Of a DNA stretch of 64,000 bases, positions 29,115 to 38,205 are shown piece after piece. Location of the stretch: positions 1 to 64,000 of the IMG/VR virus record IMGVR_UViG_3300020470_003428, one strand, 5' to 3'. The notes beneath the pieces are model-generated. The model was not told the DNA's origin. It saw only the letters and a list, made by a program, of their open reading frames with translations, and did no database searches. Both the position numbers and the translations under genes were made by a program. Position 1 is the first letter of the stretch. The number at the start of each line of letters is the position of its first letter. Source of the DNA: a virus.

Positions 29115-29884
29115 TAGACTCTTAATTCGGTTTTAGAACGTTGGCTGTTAGACCACCATGCATACACTTCAGGAACCCAATTAGCAACATGATCAGCAAT
29201 TAGATCTGTCAAGCTCTTTGTTTCGTAAGACTTATTAGGTCTAGAACAGCTATCGAGTAAACGTAGCCATGCACGAAGACTACCTGAAGCTGTAACATTC
29301 TGCAACATACACATCGTTAATAACTGCTGTGCTTGTACTGCACTCGCTCCTGCTTCTCGTTGACAGTTGTAGTCAATAGCGGAAGAATAAGCAGAAGCAA
29401 GTTGGTTTTGTTCATCCTCTTCGCTCCAAGGATGTCGATTGCCAGTGTAGTCTGGATAATTCCCAGGGGTTCGAGAGTGGAAAAGTTTTTCTAGAGGATA
29501 ATCTTTTTCGTGAACACATAATCTTGTATCTTCTGCCGCTTCATATAAGGGTTGAAAGCTAAATGTAATATCATTTCTTTCAGTACATAACTCGTGTAAT
29601 GTACTATGATCTGCTCTTATATATAGAGATAAATAAGGATGTTCAAGAGAGGAAAAAGATCCCCAAGAAGGATGAGTCTGACTTGTATTGCGAAAATGAC
29701 TCGTTAAAAGGTTGCCACAAGTATCTTCTGCAAAAGCATCCTCTTGAACATCTTCTTGCTTTTCTATGTTATTAATAAAGTCGCCATGCTTATTCATATA
29801 TAAAGCCGTATACATTAAACGTTGAGGCATTTCCGTCCCTGCAACTTTTTGCACCTCGTAGGCTTGTATGGCTGACTTGGTCAA
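29114..29884 (-). CDS. ThyX-like protein, degenerate active site
   Basis: SSLEH, HSTLHELCTERNDITFSFQ (R-x-HR...S motif lost), SLRAWLRLLD, WVPEVYAWW. Confidence 0.6.
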   Translation of the reverse strand: MTKSAIQAYEVQKVAGTEMPQRLMYTALYMNKHGDFINNIEKQEDVQEDAFAEDTCGNLLTSHFRNTSQTHPSWGSFSSLEHPYLSLYIRADHSTLHELCTERNDITFSFQPLYEAAEDTRLCVHEKDYPLEKLFHSRTPGNYPDYTGNRHPWSEEDEQNQLASAYSSAIDYNCQREAGASAVQAQQLLTMCMLQNVTASGSLRAWLRLLDSCSRPNKSYETKSLTDLIADHVANWVPEVYAWWSNSQRSKTELRV

Positions 29885-29966
29885 AATACTCAGTATCTCT
29901 TGGCAAAGAGTATCACCATGCCATTGTTAGGCAAGCCATCTTGAGCTTTTCGATTGTTAAGTTTTA

Positions 29967-30785
29967 TTAATCGTCGTCGTCGTCGTCGCCGTACACTTTG
30001 CTGTGGAAATAATCAAACATCTCCTTGGGATCCATGTAATCAGGAATGTTTAATTTATTACCAATAACTTTACCGTAGTCATCACGTTCATATGTTCTGC
30101 CTTGGTGATAATTTAATGCTGCGCCAGTTTCTAATACTCCCCTATCTATATATGCCTTGTTCTGAGGCAAGCCACGCATATAAAAATGATCGGTCATACG
30201 ATTACCTGCACTTGCTGCAGCATCTATACCGTCATTAACTTCATACTCAGGAAGAGTAGGAGAAAAATTATTCCAATCAATATCTTGCCAATTAGGCCCT
30301 GGCGTTGGAGTTGGAGTTGGAGTAGGGGTAGGGGTTGGAGTAGGGGTAGGAGTAGGAGTCGGGGTAGGAGTGGGAGAAGTATTACGTTGTTTCCATTCGT
30401 CTGAACGTCTGATATTTGCTAAGACGTCATCTCTAGTCGCTCCTTGTTTAAGGTCGTTCATCCAATAAGACCGGCCTTCATCTCTTAATCCTCGGCCTAA
30501 TTCACTTTTATAAGTATCTTGAAGCCACTTTTCGTCACTCAACCCTATGTCTCTTTCTATATCTGCTTTTGAAGTTCCGCTACGATAAGCATCACCCCAG
30601 TAATTAAGACCTTCTTCCCCGACATCTCTCCCAAGATCTCTCTGATAGACGCTACGCAACCAAGAACTGGTTGCTGGATCTTTCTTCCATGCGTCTGTTC
30701 TTTCTATTGCGGATTGCTGGTTACTTAATATACCTGAAGCAGCCTTTGATATTGCGTTATTTAATATCCCAGGAGAGAACAACAT
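29967..30785 (-). CDS. tandem DUF4214-like protein with PT linker
   Basis: Two Y...LGR....EG..YW units; ~12 PT repeats; poly-Asp end. Confidence 0.7.
   Translation of the reverse strand: MLFSPGILNNAISKAASGILSNQQSAIERTDAWKKDPATSSWLRSVYQRDLGRDVGEEGLNYWGDAYRSGTSKADIERDIGLSDEKWLQDTYKSELGRGLRDEGRSYWMNDLKQGATRDDVLANIRRSDEWKQRNTSPTPTPTPTPTPTPTPTPTPTPTPTPGPNWQDIDWNNFSPTLPEYEVNDGIDAAASAGNRMTDHFYMRGLPQNKAYIDRGVLETGAALNYHQGRTYERDDYGKVIGNKLNIPDYMDPKEMFDYFHSKVYGDDDDDD
30299..30378 (-). repeat. Pro-Thr hexamer tandem repeat
   Basis: + strand GG(A/G)GT(A/T) repeats. Confidence 0.8.
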
Positions 30786-30824
30786 TTGGACTGTACGAAT
30801 TATCTAATCTTTATTTTAAACGAG

Positions 30825-31112
30825 TTACTTGTTCAACTCTGCGTAAACAGCGTCCTTGCTAATGCATGTTCCGTTTTTATGAGAATAAAAACCACCTTTC
30901 TGAGCACAAGCATACTCTGGAGAAAGCATGATATTAGACAACACTTCTGTTCTAGTTGCGCCTCCTCTGAGATCTGCACCCCAATATTCAAGACCTTCTG
31001 TGCATACGTCTCTACCAAGATGCTTGGTATACATAGCTTGTAGCCATTTTGCGTTCTCAGGATCTTTATCCCAAGCAATAGTTCGAGCGTCTTTTTCTGC
31101 TGTGATGGTCAT
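30825..31112 (-). CDS. single DUF4214-like protein with Cys motif
   Basis: MYTKHLGRDVCTEGLEYWGADLRGGATRTEVL...SPEYAC...C. Confidence 0.7.
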   Translation of the reverse strand: MTITAEKDARTIAWDKDPENAKWLQAMYTKHLGRDVCTEGLEYWGADLRGGATRTEVLSNIMLSPEYACAQKGGFYSHKNGTCISKDAVYAELNK

Positions 31113-31154
31113 AGCAATATTTCAATGTGTTACAAGACTAGCTCGAAATCTTGA

Positions 31155-31679
31155 CTATGAAAGGAATGAATCAGTATCGTCCCACATCGAGGCGATCAAA
31201 CTATTAGCTAATTTACTGCTTTCTTGTGGTTTATTATGCAGGAAATCGACGAATCGTCCGGATTTATAGCGGTTGCCATATTGATTAGAAGTGACAAAAG
31301 GAATTGAACCCATCTGTTCTGCTGGAGTTAAATCAACACCTAGTCTTCTTCCTAGCGGATTCCAAGTATCTTCGAAGTGTCCTCCGTATCCTCCGACTTT
31401 TGGTTCAGGAATTGTAGATGATCCAGATGGGTCGTCTGGATCTACTGGAACGACAGGAGTTACTGGATCAGGTCTTTGTGCTAAGCCGCGACGGTATCCG
31501 TCATACTCAGGACTTCTTCTGATATTGGCTATCACTTGTTCACGGGTTTGACCTCTCTCATGAACGTCATCAGTCCAATATTTACGTCCTTCAGCGCCTA
31601 GTTCTCTTCCTAGTTCATCTCTGTATACACCTTCTAACCAAGCTTCAGTTCGAGCCCTCGCATCATCAGTGGCTGACAT
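31155..31679 (-). CDS. DUF4214-like protein
   Basis: VYRDELGRELGAEGRKYW...TREQVIANIRRSPEY. Confidence 0.7.
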   Translation of the reverse strand: MSATDDARARTEAWLEGVYRDELGRELGAEGRKYWTDDVHERGQTREQVIANIRRSPEYDGYRRGLAQRPDPVTPVVPVDPDDPSGSSTIPEPKVGGYGGHFEDTWNPLGRRLGVDLTPAEQMGSIPFVTSNQYGNRYKSGRFVDFLHNKPQESSKLANSLIASMWDDTDSFLS

Positions 31680-31718
31680 TATCGACTTAAAATTAACACT
31701 AGTTATATCTTAGTTGAT

Positions 31719-32393
31719 CTAAGGTTGTTGCTTTTCTTTGACGGCTGTGGGACTGAGTGGACCATTTGCTGCTAATCGGAAATCAATCCACATTCGATTA
31801 GCTGCTTGAATTTTTTTAAATCGTTTAGGATCTTTGTCGTGAGTTGTTTCGAGAAATAATTGAGTCTCATGAGTCAACTTATTAGACGAGAATTCTAAGT
31901 CAACTGTTTGTAAATGACGGTTATGAAAGAAATGAGGAACTCCTTTTACTCTGAGGTGTAATGGGTTACAGCAATTATTGTCACCACAAACTGCTTTAAT
32001 AGGTAGTCTTCCTATATCTCCCCAAGTAAACCATGCTGCAACTCTAGGAGCAGAATACTGTCTACCAGAACCCCAGTGTCTTGGCATAGGAAAATAACTA
32101 GAGTTTGACCGGGAATGGAATTTACCCCTCCATGGCCAACATTCTTCTGGGCCTCTTATTTCAACGAACGACCAAAATTCCAAGAATCTACGTCTATATT
32201 TTTTCTCGATCTTGTGAACATCTAAGGATAATCTTCCTTCAGTAAGAGAACTAATACACCTGACGCAAGCATGACTATCTGTGTAGCGAGGTATTAATCC
32301 ATCCTTAGAGCCGATGGAATGTTCACAGTGGAAACATATAGGACCTCCTTCTGTTTTGGAATGCAACTTAGGAGGAATAGCCCATTGAGACAT
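31719..32393 (-). CDS. HNH-endonuclease-like protein with N-terminal Zn finger
   Basis: CFHC...CVRC; FWSFV....EECWPWRG; CGDNNCCNPLHL (first His absent). Confidence 0.65.
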   Translation of the reverse strand: MSQWAIPPKLHSKTEGGPICFHCEHSIGSKDGLIPRYTDSHACVRCISSLTEGRLSLDVHKIEKKYRRRFLEFWSFVEIRGPEECWPWRGKFHSRSNSSYFPMPRHWGSGRQYSAPRVAAWFTWGDIGRLPIKAVCGDNNCCNPLHLRVKGVPHFFHNRHLQTVDLEFSSNKLTHETQLFLETTHDKDPKRFKKIQAANRMWIDFRLAANGPLSPTAVKEKQQP

Positions 32394-32620
32394 TACTTTA
32401 AATGAAGAGGAAAACCAGTTGGTGGTTTAAACTTACCGCCTAATTTCACTAATTGCTGTGCAAGAGGTTTGAGTTTCGTTTGGACTTCAGGCCATAACTC
32501 CTTACGAGTACTACCTTCTATAGCTACTGGAACTAATTTGTTGTAAGGACTGCTAATAACGAATCCATTGCGGCCATCATTAATATTCTTAACACGATGT
32601 CCTATTTTGAGGTCTTTCAT
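32393..32620 (-). CDS. small SH3/KOW-like hypothetical protein
   Basis: LKIGHRVK...G.V. Confidence 0.5.
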   Translation of the reverse strand: MKDLKIGHRVKNINDGRNGFVISSPYNKLVPVAIEGSTRKELWPEVQTKLKPLAQQLVKLGGKFKPPTGFPLHLK

Positions 32621-32659
32621 GGTATAAGACGAATCTATATACCCGCTACAGTAGCTTAA

Positions 32660-33151
32660 TTATTCTTCTGTATCGTCTATTTCTCCATCAAAGGGAATAC
32701 GATGCACTGCAATACCTGCTTCTACACACATTTCCCTGGCTTTATCAAATGATTCTTGCCATCGATAAGGCTCTACAAAATCAGGAACAATAATTTGAGC
32801 AATATCTGCTTGAATTAAAACTGCAGCACATTGACTGCAAGTCATTAAAGGCCAAACATACATTGTCGCACCTGCTAAACAAACTCCATTTCGCGCTGCA
32901 AATGAAACACAATTCATCTCTGCATGTACTGTCATAGCAAGACGAGTATCTCGATTCTTTAACCTAGAGTCTGAGTCAGTTATCCCACTAGGTAGTCCGT
33001 TATAACCCTGCACTAAAATACGTCTATCTCTAACAGCAACTGCTCCGACTTTAGTACTAGGATCTTTCGACCAACCCGCGAACATCCTTGCGGCGTGTAG
33101 GAATCTTTGATCCCAATTCTTTGGAGTTCGTGGTGCTTTAAGAGATGTCAT
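32660..33151 (-). CDS. dCMP deaminase
   Basis: SKDPSTKVGAV, GYNG, HAEMN, TCSQC. Confidence 0.9.
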   Translation of the reverse strand: MTSLKAPRTPKNWDQRFLHAARMFAGWSKDPSTKVGAVAVRDRRILVQGYNGLPSGITDSDSRLKNRDTRLAMTVHAEMNCVSFAARNGVCLAGATMYVWPLMTCSQCAAVLIQADIAQIIVPDFVEPYRWQESFDKAREMCVEAGIAVHRIPFDGEIDDTEE

Positions 33152-33180
33152 AGAATAAAGATGTAAAGGAGGTATTTGAT

Positions 33181-33396
33181 TTGTTGGAAGTCACCGCCAT
33201 TATCGGAATAGCCTCAGCTGGAGCCTTGTGGAGGATGGCTTTCACTTGGGGAAGTATGAAGACAGGGATGGAAGCAATTTTAAGAGAAGTTAAGTTATTA
33301 AGAACTGAACTATCTAAGGATATAGTAATGTTAAAAGAAGATGTCAAGGATCATGAAATGAGACTTAGACAACTAGAAAATTCCAAACGCAGATGA
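33181..33396 (+). CDS. TM + coiled-coil small protein
   Basis: AAAGGAGG RBS; DHEMRLRQLE. Confidence 0.6.
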   Translation: MLEVTAIIGIASAGALWRMAFTWGSMKTGMEAILREVKLLRTELSKDIVMLKEDVKDHEMRLRQLENSKRR

Positions 33397-33399
33397 ACT

Positions 33400-33612
33400 G
33401 TGGACTGGGACGCAGAACTTAAAAACGAACAATGTGAAAGTATGCTCACTGTTTATCAAGATCACATTGAAGAATTACAAAAAGAAATCAAAGAGAAAGA
33501 AGTGCATATTAAATTCCTAGAGCAACAATTAGAGTATAAAACTATGGGTCCACCTGACACAGAACCTGTTGATACTCAAACTTTTCTTTCTATTGGCCGC
33601 AACCTGCTGTAA
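33400..33612 (+). CDS. coiled-coil small protein
   Basis: MLTVYQDHIEELQKE...IKFLEQQLEYKTMG. Confidence 0.6.
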   Translation: MDWDAELKNEQCESMLTVYQDHIEELQKEIKEKEVHIKFLEQQLEYKTMGPPDTEPVDTQTFLSIGRNLL

Positions 33613-33892
33613 CATCAGCGCCTGAACCTATTTCGTCTTCTTCTAATCGGCCCGGTCTCCACCCACTTTGCCAAATACTTTTAGATTTTTCGTTAAGTTG
33701 ATCGGGAGTCTTGTCCCACTTATGAAGCGCCATGATAATACTATCTCGAATATCTTCACTATTAGGTACGCCGCTATAACGAATGAGGATTCGAGATGCA
33801 TTGGTGATATCGTCATTAGTTAGATTTTCTAGGTCTTTAGATGCTAATCTATCCGCGATTTCTTTGTCTGTCTCGTAAAGTGGACTAGGCAT
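33590..33892 (-). CDS. DUF3288-like cyanobacterial protein
   Basis: PLYETDK...ASRILIRY...LN.K...IW..GWRP. Confidence 0.7.
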   Translation of the reverse strand: MPSPLYETDKEIADRLASKDLENLTNDDITNASRILIRYSGVPNSEDIRDSIIMALHKWDKTPDQLNEKSKSIWQSGWRPGRLEEDEIGSGADVTAGCGQ

Positions 33893-34208
33893 GGTGCCAG
33901 GGTGCCAAGGGTGACAGTGCTACTATAAACTTTTTTTGAGTTTATCTTTCTTATTTAATTAAATATCTACAAAATCGTCACATATTTCAATACTAAGTGT
34001 TTTAAAAAGTGAACAACTTTCTATTTTTCTAATAAAGGTTTTCTAGAAGGGTGTCACCTATGGCCCCATTTATGAGACTCATTCGAGCAGAAGAGATATA
34101 AACAACAAGACCCTGGCACCTAAGTACCAGAGTCCTAATAAAAAAGACCACTGATTAAGTTATGTCAGCAGTCTTGGTGTGAGATTAATTTATCTAGTCT
34201 CGAGAATC
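33893..34208. other. candidate replication origin
   Basis: Non-coding, directly downstream of the primase-helicase; GGTGCCA(G) direct repeats, inverted CCCTGGCACC copy, AT-rich core. Confidence 0.4.
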
Positions 34209-36557
34209 TCAGTTTGGACCAAGCCAGATTCTTTGACTTTTACCATTTCTTTTGATTCTCTTCGGTTTGTAACCTAATCTTTTTAAGCAGTCAGTTACTG
34301 GTGTTGTCATTTGATGTTGTTGAGCAACATTGACATCGACCCATGTGAACAGATCTGCAAGGATGACGTAAGATTGGCCTTGATAGTAGCCACTGCTATT
34401 GGTCTCTAACGCACGAGTAACCAAGGCGTCAATAGGGTTATCTCGTGTGAATGAATCTTGATAGTCAGCAATATAGCTGAGCTCGTAACTGGAAAAGACA
34501 TGAACAGGATCGTCTAGGTAAGCCTTATATGCTGCAGCCCATATTGAATCACGATCTTTCTTCAGCCTATCTAAGTCAATAATTTTTAACGCAGGATTCT
34601 CTTTCGAAGGTACTTTGCCTTCTACGATGATCGGCATAAACCTACGATTTCCTGTTGGATCACATAGGAAGTCTGAGTTATTTGTAGCAGCAGCTAAGAC
34701 GAAGGCACGAGGATAAGATTTCTCATTCTCATACTTGCGAGCAGATCTATCGACAGAGACAGAAACTAGGTTCTTTAATTCTTCCGAGTACTTTCGTTTG
34801 CAGTAACGTTCAAACTCATCCATGACAACGATGAATCCTGCATGCAAAGCGTGGGGTTTTTCCTTTAGGTATTCAATCCCCTGCTGCATAGTGACTACCC
34901 AAGGGTAGGTACCAGGGTCATCTAATGATGGTGGAGTTAAGTATTGGAAGAAGGTTGTTTTACCGCAATTTTGGTTGCCGATTAAAATTGGCATCCAGTC
35001 ATGGCGACATCCCGGAGCTAAAACTCTGGCTACCGCACCAATCAGGAAACGTTTGATGATAACATCTGCCAGTAAATTTCCGCAAGGCATGACAGGATTT
35101 TGCATGTCATCCTTTGGTACACCTAGGATCTCAGAGGCAATTCTATCAAAGTAAGTACAAGGACTAGCACTAGCTGCGCATCTTTCTAAGTAGGATTTTA
35201 CGGGGTGGAATCTATTCTCATACCCAATAACTCCTGCTAAATCAAAAACTAGGGTTTTAGGAAAGACCTGTCTTTGACCTCTAGAAATATAGACATAAGC
35301 TTGAGATATATCGTGTATTTCTCTTGGTTGTTGCTCTGGACCATAAACCAACTGTTGGCTCATGCAATTCAATCGCAAGCCGTTGTAATGACTATCAAGT
35401 AGATCTTTAATTCGTTCAACTAAGTCCTCGTTATTACTATTGTTATTTCCTCTTGAGCGAGGAGTATTCGGAGGTTCTTCATGATCAAAGGTGGCGACTT
35501 CAGCCGGTTCATTATTATCATCTGGCTTATCTATAACTGCTATTTGTGTCCAAGGTTTATTCTCATCAAACAAACCTTGAGCTTGTTCAATAGGTTCTAC
35601 AATATCTGGTTCACCGAGAAAATCCTCATGGTCATACCCTGCAAAAGCATCTCCATGGACTCCTAATTTAAAAGATCCTGAGTTACCTTTTAGTTCGGGA
35701 GGTAAAGACTGCCTCCAGCCGGGTTGTTGGGTATCGGCAGCCCAAAAGATGGTTGCCAACGATTTACCACGCCATCCATAGAAGAATTTTTCGCTGGTTT
35801 GAGATTTATTTTTTCCTTTTCCGTGGTGTCCTCTAGATGCCCATTCTGACCAACAGGAGAATAAAGCTTCTCCTCCAGTACTGGCTGCTCTGGTGATACT
35901 ACAGAATTGGTCTCTATCACCATCGGAAGTAGGATCCAACACATGCTCGAGACAATAAGCAGCAAGGTTAATTGAATGTTCATCAACATCGGCTGATTGG
36001 GAGTGATAAGTCGTCCGTTGATGTGCTGCGTGTGCTACCGCATCATCTATGAAAGATTCAGGCAATACTGCTTTCGGTTGCCAAACAGGGTGTTGAGCAC
36101 GACTATTACCGTAGAAAATCCTGCAACGGTCAGAACAATTAGCGTCACCTCCTAAAGATTTGATCAGGAGTGATGTGATTGATTGGTATAGTTCTCCATC
36201 GCTAATCCTATGAGGAAGTTGAAATACAACTCTAAAGCGATGCTTATCTGCCTTAGGATTATGGCTTGCAGAGGTATACACCCATGCTGCCAAGCTAGAT
36301 AAGGAATGTTTAGCGAATTGTTCTAATGTTAAACCGTTATCAATGTCGACGACGACAAGATCAGCGTGGTCGAAGGCTGCGCTATTCCTGTGGTCGGACA
36401 CCATCGCTGCAGGAATAAAGGCTCCGCCATGTGAAATATGATCCTTTAAATCAAATATCGTACCTGATTTCCTTTGCCAATTCTTACCAAAGGCTGGTGA
36501 CCATACACTTGGCTTGTCTTTTATTGTGGGATGAATACTGAATTCAATCTTTCGCAC
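34209..36557 (-). CDS. primase-helicase (primase + PriCT-like + VapE/VirE ATPase)
   Basis: VVVDID, YTSASH, RFRVVF; GNQNCGKT Walker A; MDEFE; FLCDPTGNRRF. Confidence 0.9.
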   Translation of the reverse strand: MRKIEFSIHPTIKDKPSVWSPAFGKNWQRKSGTIFDLKDHISHGGAFIPAAMVSDHRNSAAFDHADLVVVDIDNGLTLEQFAKHSLSSLAAWVYTSASHNPKADKHRFRVVFQLPHRISDGELYQSITSLLIKSLGGDANCSDRCRIFYGNSRAQHPVWQPKAVLPESFIDDAVAHAAHQRTTYHSQSADVDEHSINLAAYCLEHVLDPTSDGDRDQFCSITRAASTGGEALFSCWSEWASRGHHGKGKNKSQTSEKFFYGWRGKSLATIFWAADTQQPGWRQSLPPELKGNSGSFKLGVHGDAFAGYDHEDFLGEPDIVEPIEQAQGLFDENKPWTQIAVIDKPDDNNEPAEVATFDHEEPPNTPRSRGNNNSNNEDLVERIKDLLDSHYNGLRLNCMSQQLVYGPEQQPREIHDISQAYVYISRGQRQVFPKTLVFDLAGVIGYENRFHPVKSYLERCAASASPCTYFDRIASEILGVPKDDMQNPVMPCGNLLADVIIKRFLIGAVARVLAPGCRHDWMPILIGNQNCGKTTFFQYLTPPSLDDPGTYPWVVTMQQGIEYLKEKPHALHAGFIVVMDEFERYCKRKYSEELKNLVSVSVDRSARKYENEKSYPRAFVLAAATNNSDFLCDPTGNRRFMPIIVEGKVPSKENPALKIIDLDRLKKDRDSIWAAAYKAYLDDPVHVFSSYELSYIADYQDSFTRDNPIDALVTRALETNSSGYYQGQSYVILADLFTWVDVNVAQQHQMTTPVTDCLKRLGYKPKRIKRNGKSQRIWLGPN

Positions 36558-36729
36558 AGGGTTCTACCTCTCTTAAATGATTTTGAGCTTCTATTAGGTC
36601 GTTACAAAAACGACATGATCCGAGATAACAAGCTAAGTGACGAACAAACGTAGATTTTCCGCCTGTTAACGGATAGGTATGGATCGTTCCCCCTAGTGGA
36701 GTTGTCAGAATTAGTTCTGGCTTGGGCAT
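36544..36729 (-). CDS. hypothetical protein
   Basis: ATG 36729 (MPKPELILTTPLGG). Confidence 0.5.
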   Translation of the reverse strand: MPKPELILTTPLGGTIHTYPLTGGKSTFVRHLACYLGSCRFCNDLIEAQNHLREVEPCAKD

Positions 36730-36832
36730 CGGGGTTTCACAATTTAGTACACGCATATGGAGTATGCCGATTATTCTGACGAATTGCAAATTTACTCTTT
36801 TATTCTAAAATCTATTCAAAGTATCTTTTCCC

Positions 36833-37420
36833 ATGCCGTTGACAACTAATAATTGGTTGCAAAAGACAGCAGTGATTGCAGTAGCCGGCACCTTTGGTCT
36901 ATCTCACTTATGGATGATTAGTTTAATCGCTAACAAAGAAGGTGGGCTGCCGAAGTTTAATCTACCTGTCGGTCCATATAGTCAATACACAATTGATGCT
37001 AGTAAGGAAGGCTACAGGATTACCCATCGGATGAATGATCCGAAGGTGATGGAGATGCGTAAGGATATCGTTGTCCCTCAAGGAGGGTTGTTCGGTAGCA
37101 AGAAAGATAAGAAAATTTTCCAGCTTGAGCAGTACACCATGGAGGGCCATCAGCATTTGGTAGGTCCAGGTATCTTTCAAGCTCAAGAAGGAGGAGACGG
37201 AAAACTTACCGAAAAACAAATCGCCTGTCTCAAGAAAGCCGGATCCGGAGCAGGAGTTGGGGCTGCGGTTGGCGCTGCGGCAGCTTCTGAGTATATCGCT
37301 CCTTCCGTTTCTTCCATACCTATTATCGGTTGGGTTGCATCTGGCTTTGCTACTGCTTTCGGAGCTAAGAAAGGGGGTGAAGTAGGAGAAAATCTGGCTG
37401 AGTGGTACCATGACTGCTAG
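36833..37420 (+). CDS. glycine-zipper membrane protein (cyanophage type)
   Basis: N-terminal TM; GAGVGAAVGAAA...SIPIIGWVASG. Confidence 0.7.
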   Translation: MPLTTNNWLQKTAVIAVAGTFGLSHLWMISLIANKEGGLPKFNLPVGPYSQYTIDASKEGYRITHRMNDPKVMEMRKDIVVPQGGLFGSKKDKKIFQLEQYTMEGHQHLVGPGIFQAQEGGDGKLTEKQIACLKKAGSGAGVGAAVGAAAASEYIAPSVSSIPIIGWVASGFATAFGAKKGGEVGENLAEWYHDC

Positions 37421-37940
37421 GGTTGAGAGTCTATTTGGCATTCCGTTATGGGTCTTAGAAGGAGATTTACTAGAAGGTAGTTTGGAATGGGCATTGGATT
37501 TTAAGAGAAAAAATCCTGATGGTGCTCAAATGACAAACCAAGGGGGATATCACAGTCGGGATATGCAAGACGAGTTCCCTTTCTTTGATCACTTGAAATC
37601 AAGAATCGAGACATTACCTAGATGCAAGGTTGTTTCTGCTTGGATCAATGTTAACGGTCAAGGACATTCCAATAGTATTCATACACATCCTCTAACGGAT
37701 ATTGCGTTGGTGTGGTATTTAACGAACAACCAAAACGCCTTGAGACTTGTAGATCCTTTGGGAGGAATGAAGCATAAATTATTGCGAGCTTTGGACTATA
37801 CAAACATGGATGATACGAACCTAGTCCGAGCTACTGCAGGGGATATGGTGGCTTTCCCAGGATTCATTCCTCATTTGGTTGAGCCTAATAAAGAGGAAAC
37901 CGAACGTGTGTCAATTGCTATAAATCTAGTATGTCCATAA
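37410..37940 (+). CDS. 2OG-Fe(II) oxygenase (TIGR02466-like)
   Basis: WININ-like WINVN, HTHP, FPGFIPH.VEPN...RVSIAIN. Confidence 0.85.
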   Translation: MTARVESLFGIPLWVLEGDLLEGSLEWALDFKRKNPDGAQMTNQGGYHSRDMQDEFPFFDHLKSRIETLPRCKVVSAWINVNGQGHSNSIHTHPLTDIALVWYLTNNQNALRLVDPLGGMKHKLLRALDYTNMDDTNLVRATAGDMVAFPGFIPHLVEPNKEETERVSIAINLVCP

Positions 37941-38019
37941 CGATTGTTGATGGACGGTATAAGACTAAGTAATATTACCTAGTGGCTATACTTAGCTTGT
38001 AATCTTTTCTTTAGATTTA

Positions 38020-38205
38020 ATGACTACGACTACTGAGTACGGCAAGCAAAACATGTTTGCCAAGGAAGTAGCTCCTCATGTTACAGAGGCTGGATCTTAT
38101 TCAGAGCAATCAGAATTACTTAACGGTCGTCTTGCAATGATCGGCTTTGTTGCTGCTCTTGGTGCTTACGTTACTACTGGTCAACTCATCCCTGGCATCT
38201 TTTAG
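38020..38205 (+). CDS. hli: high-light-inducible protein
   Basis: ELLNGRLAMIGFVAALGAYVTTGQLIPGIF; N-terminal GKQNMFAKE. Confidence 0.95.
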   Translation: MTTTTEYGKQNMFAKEVAPHVTEAGSYSEQSELLNGRLAMIGFVAALGAYVTTGQLIPGIF

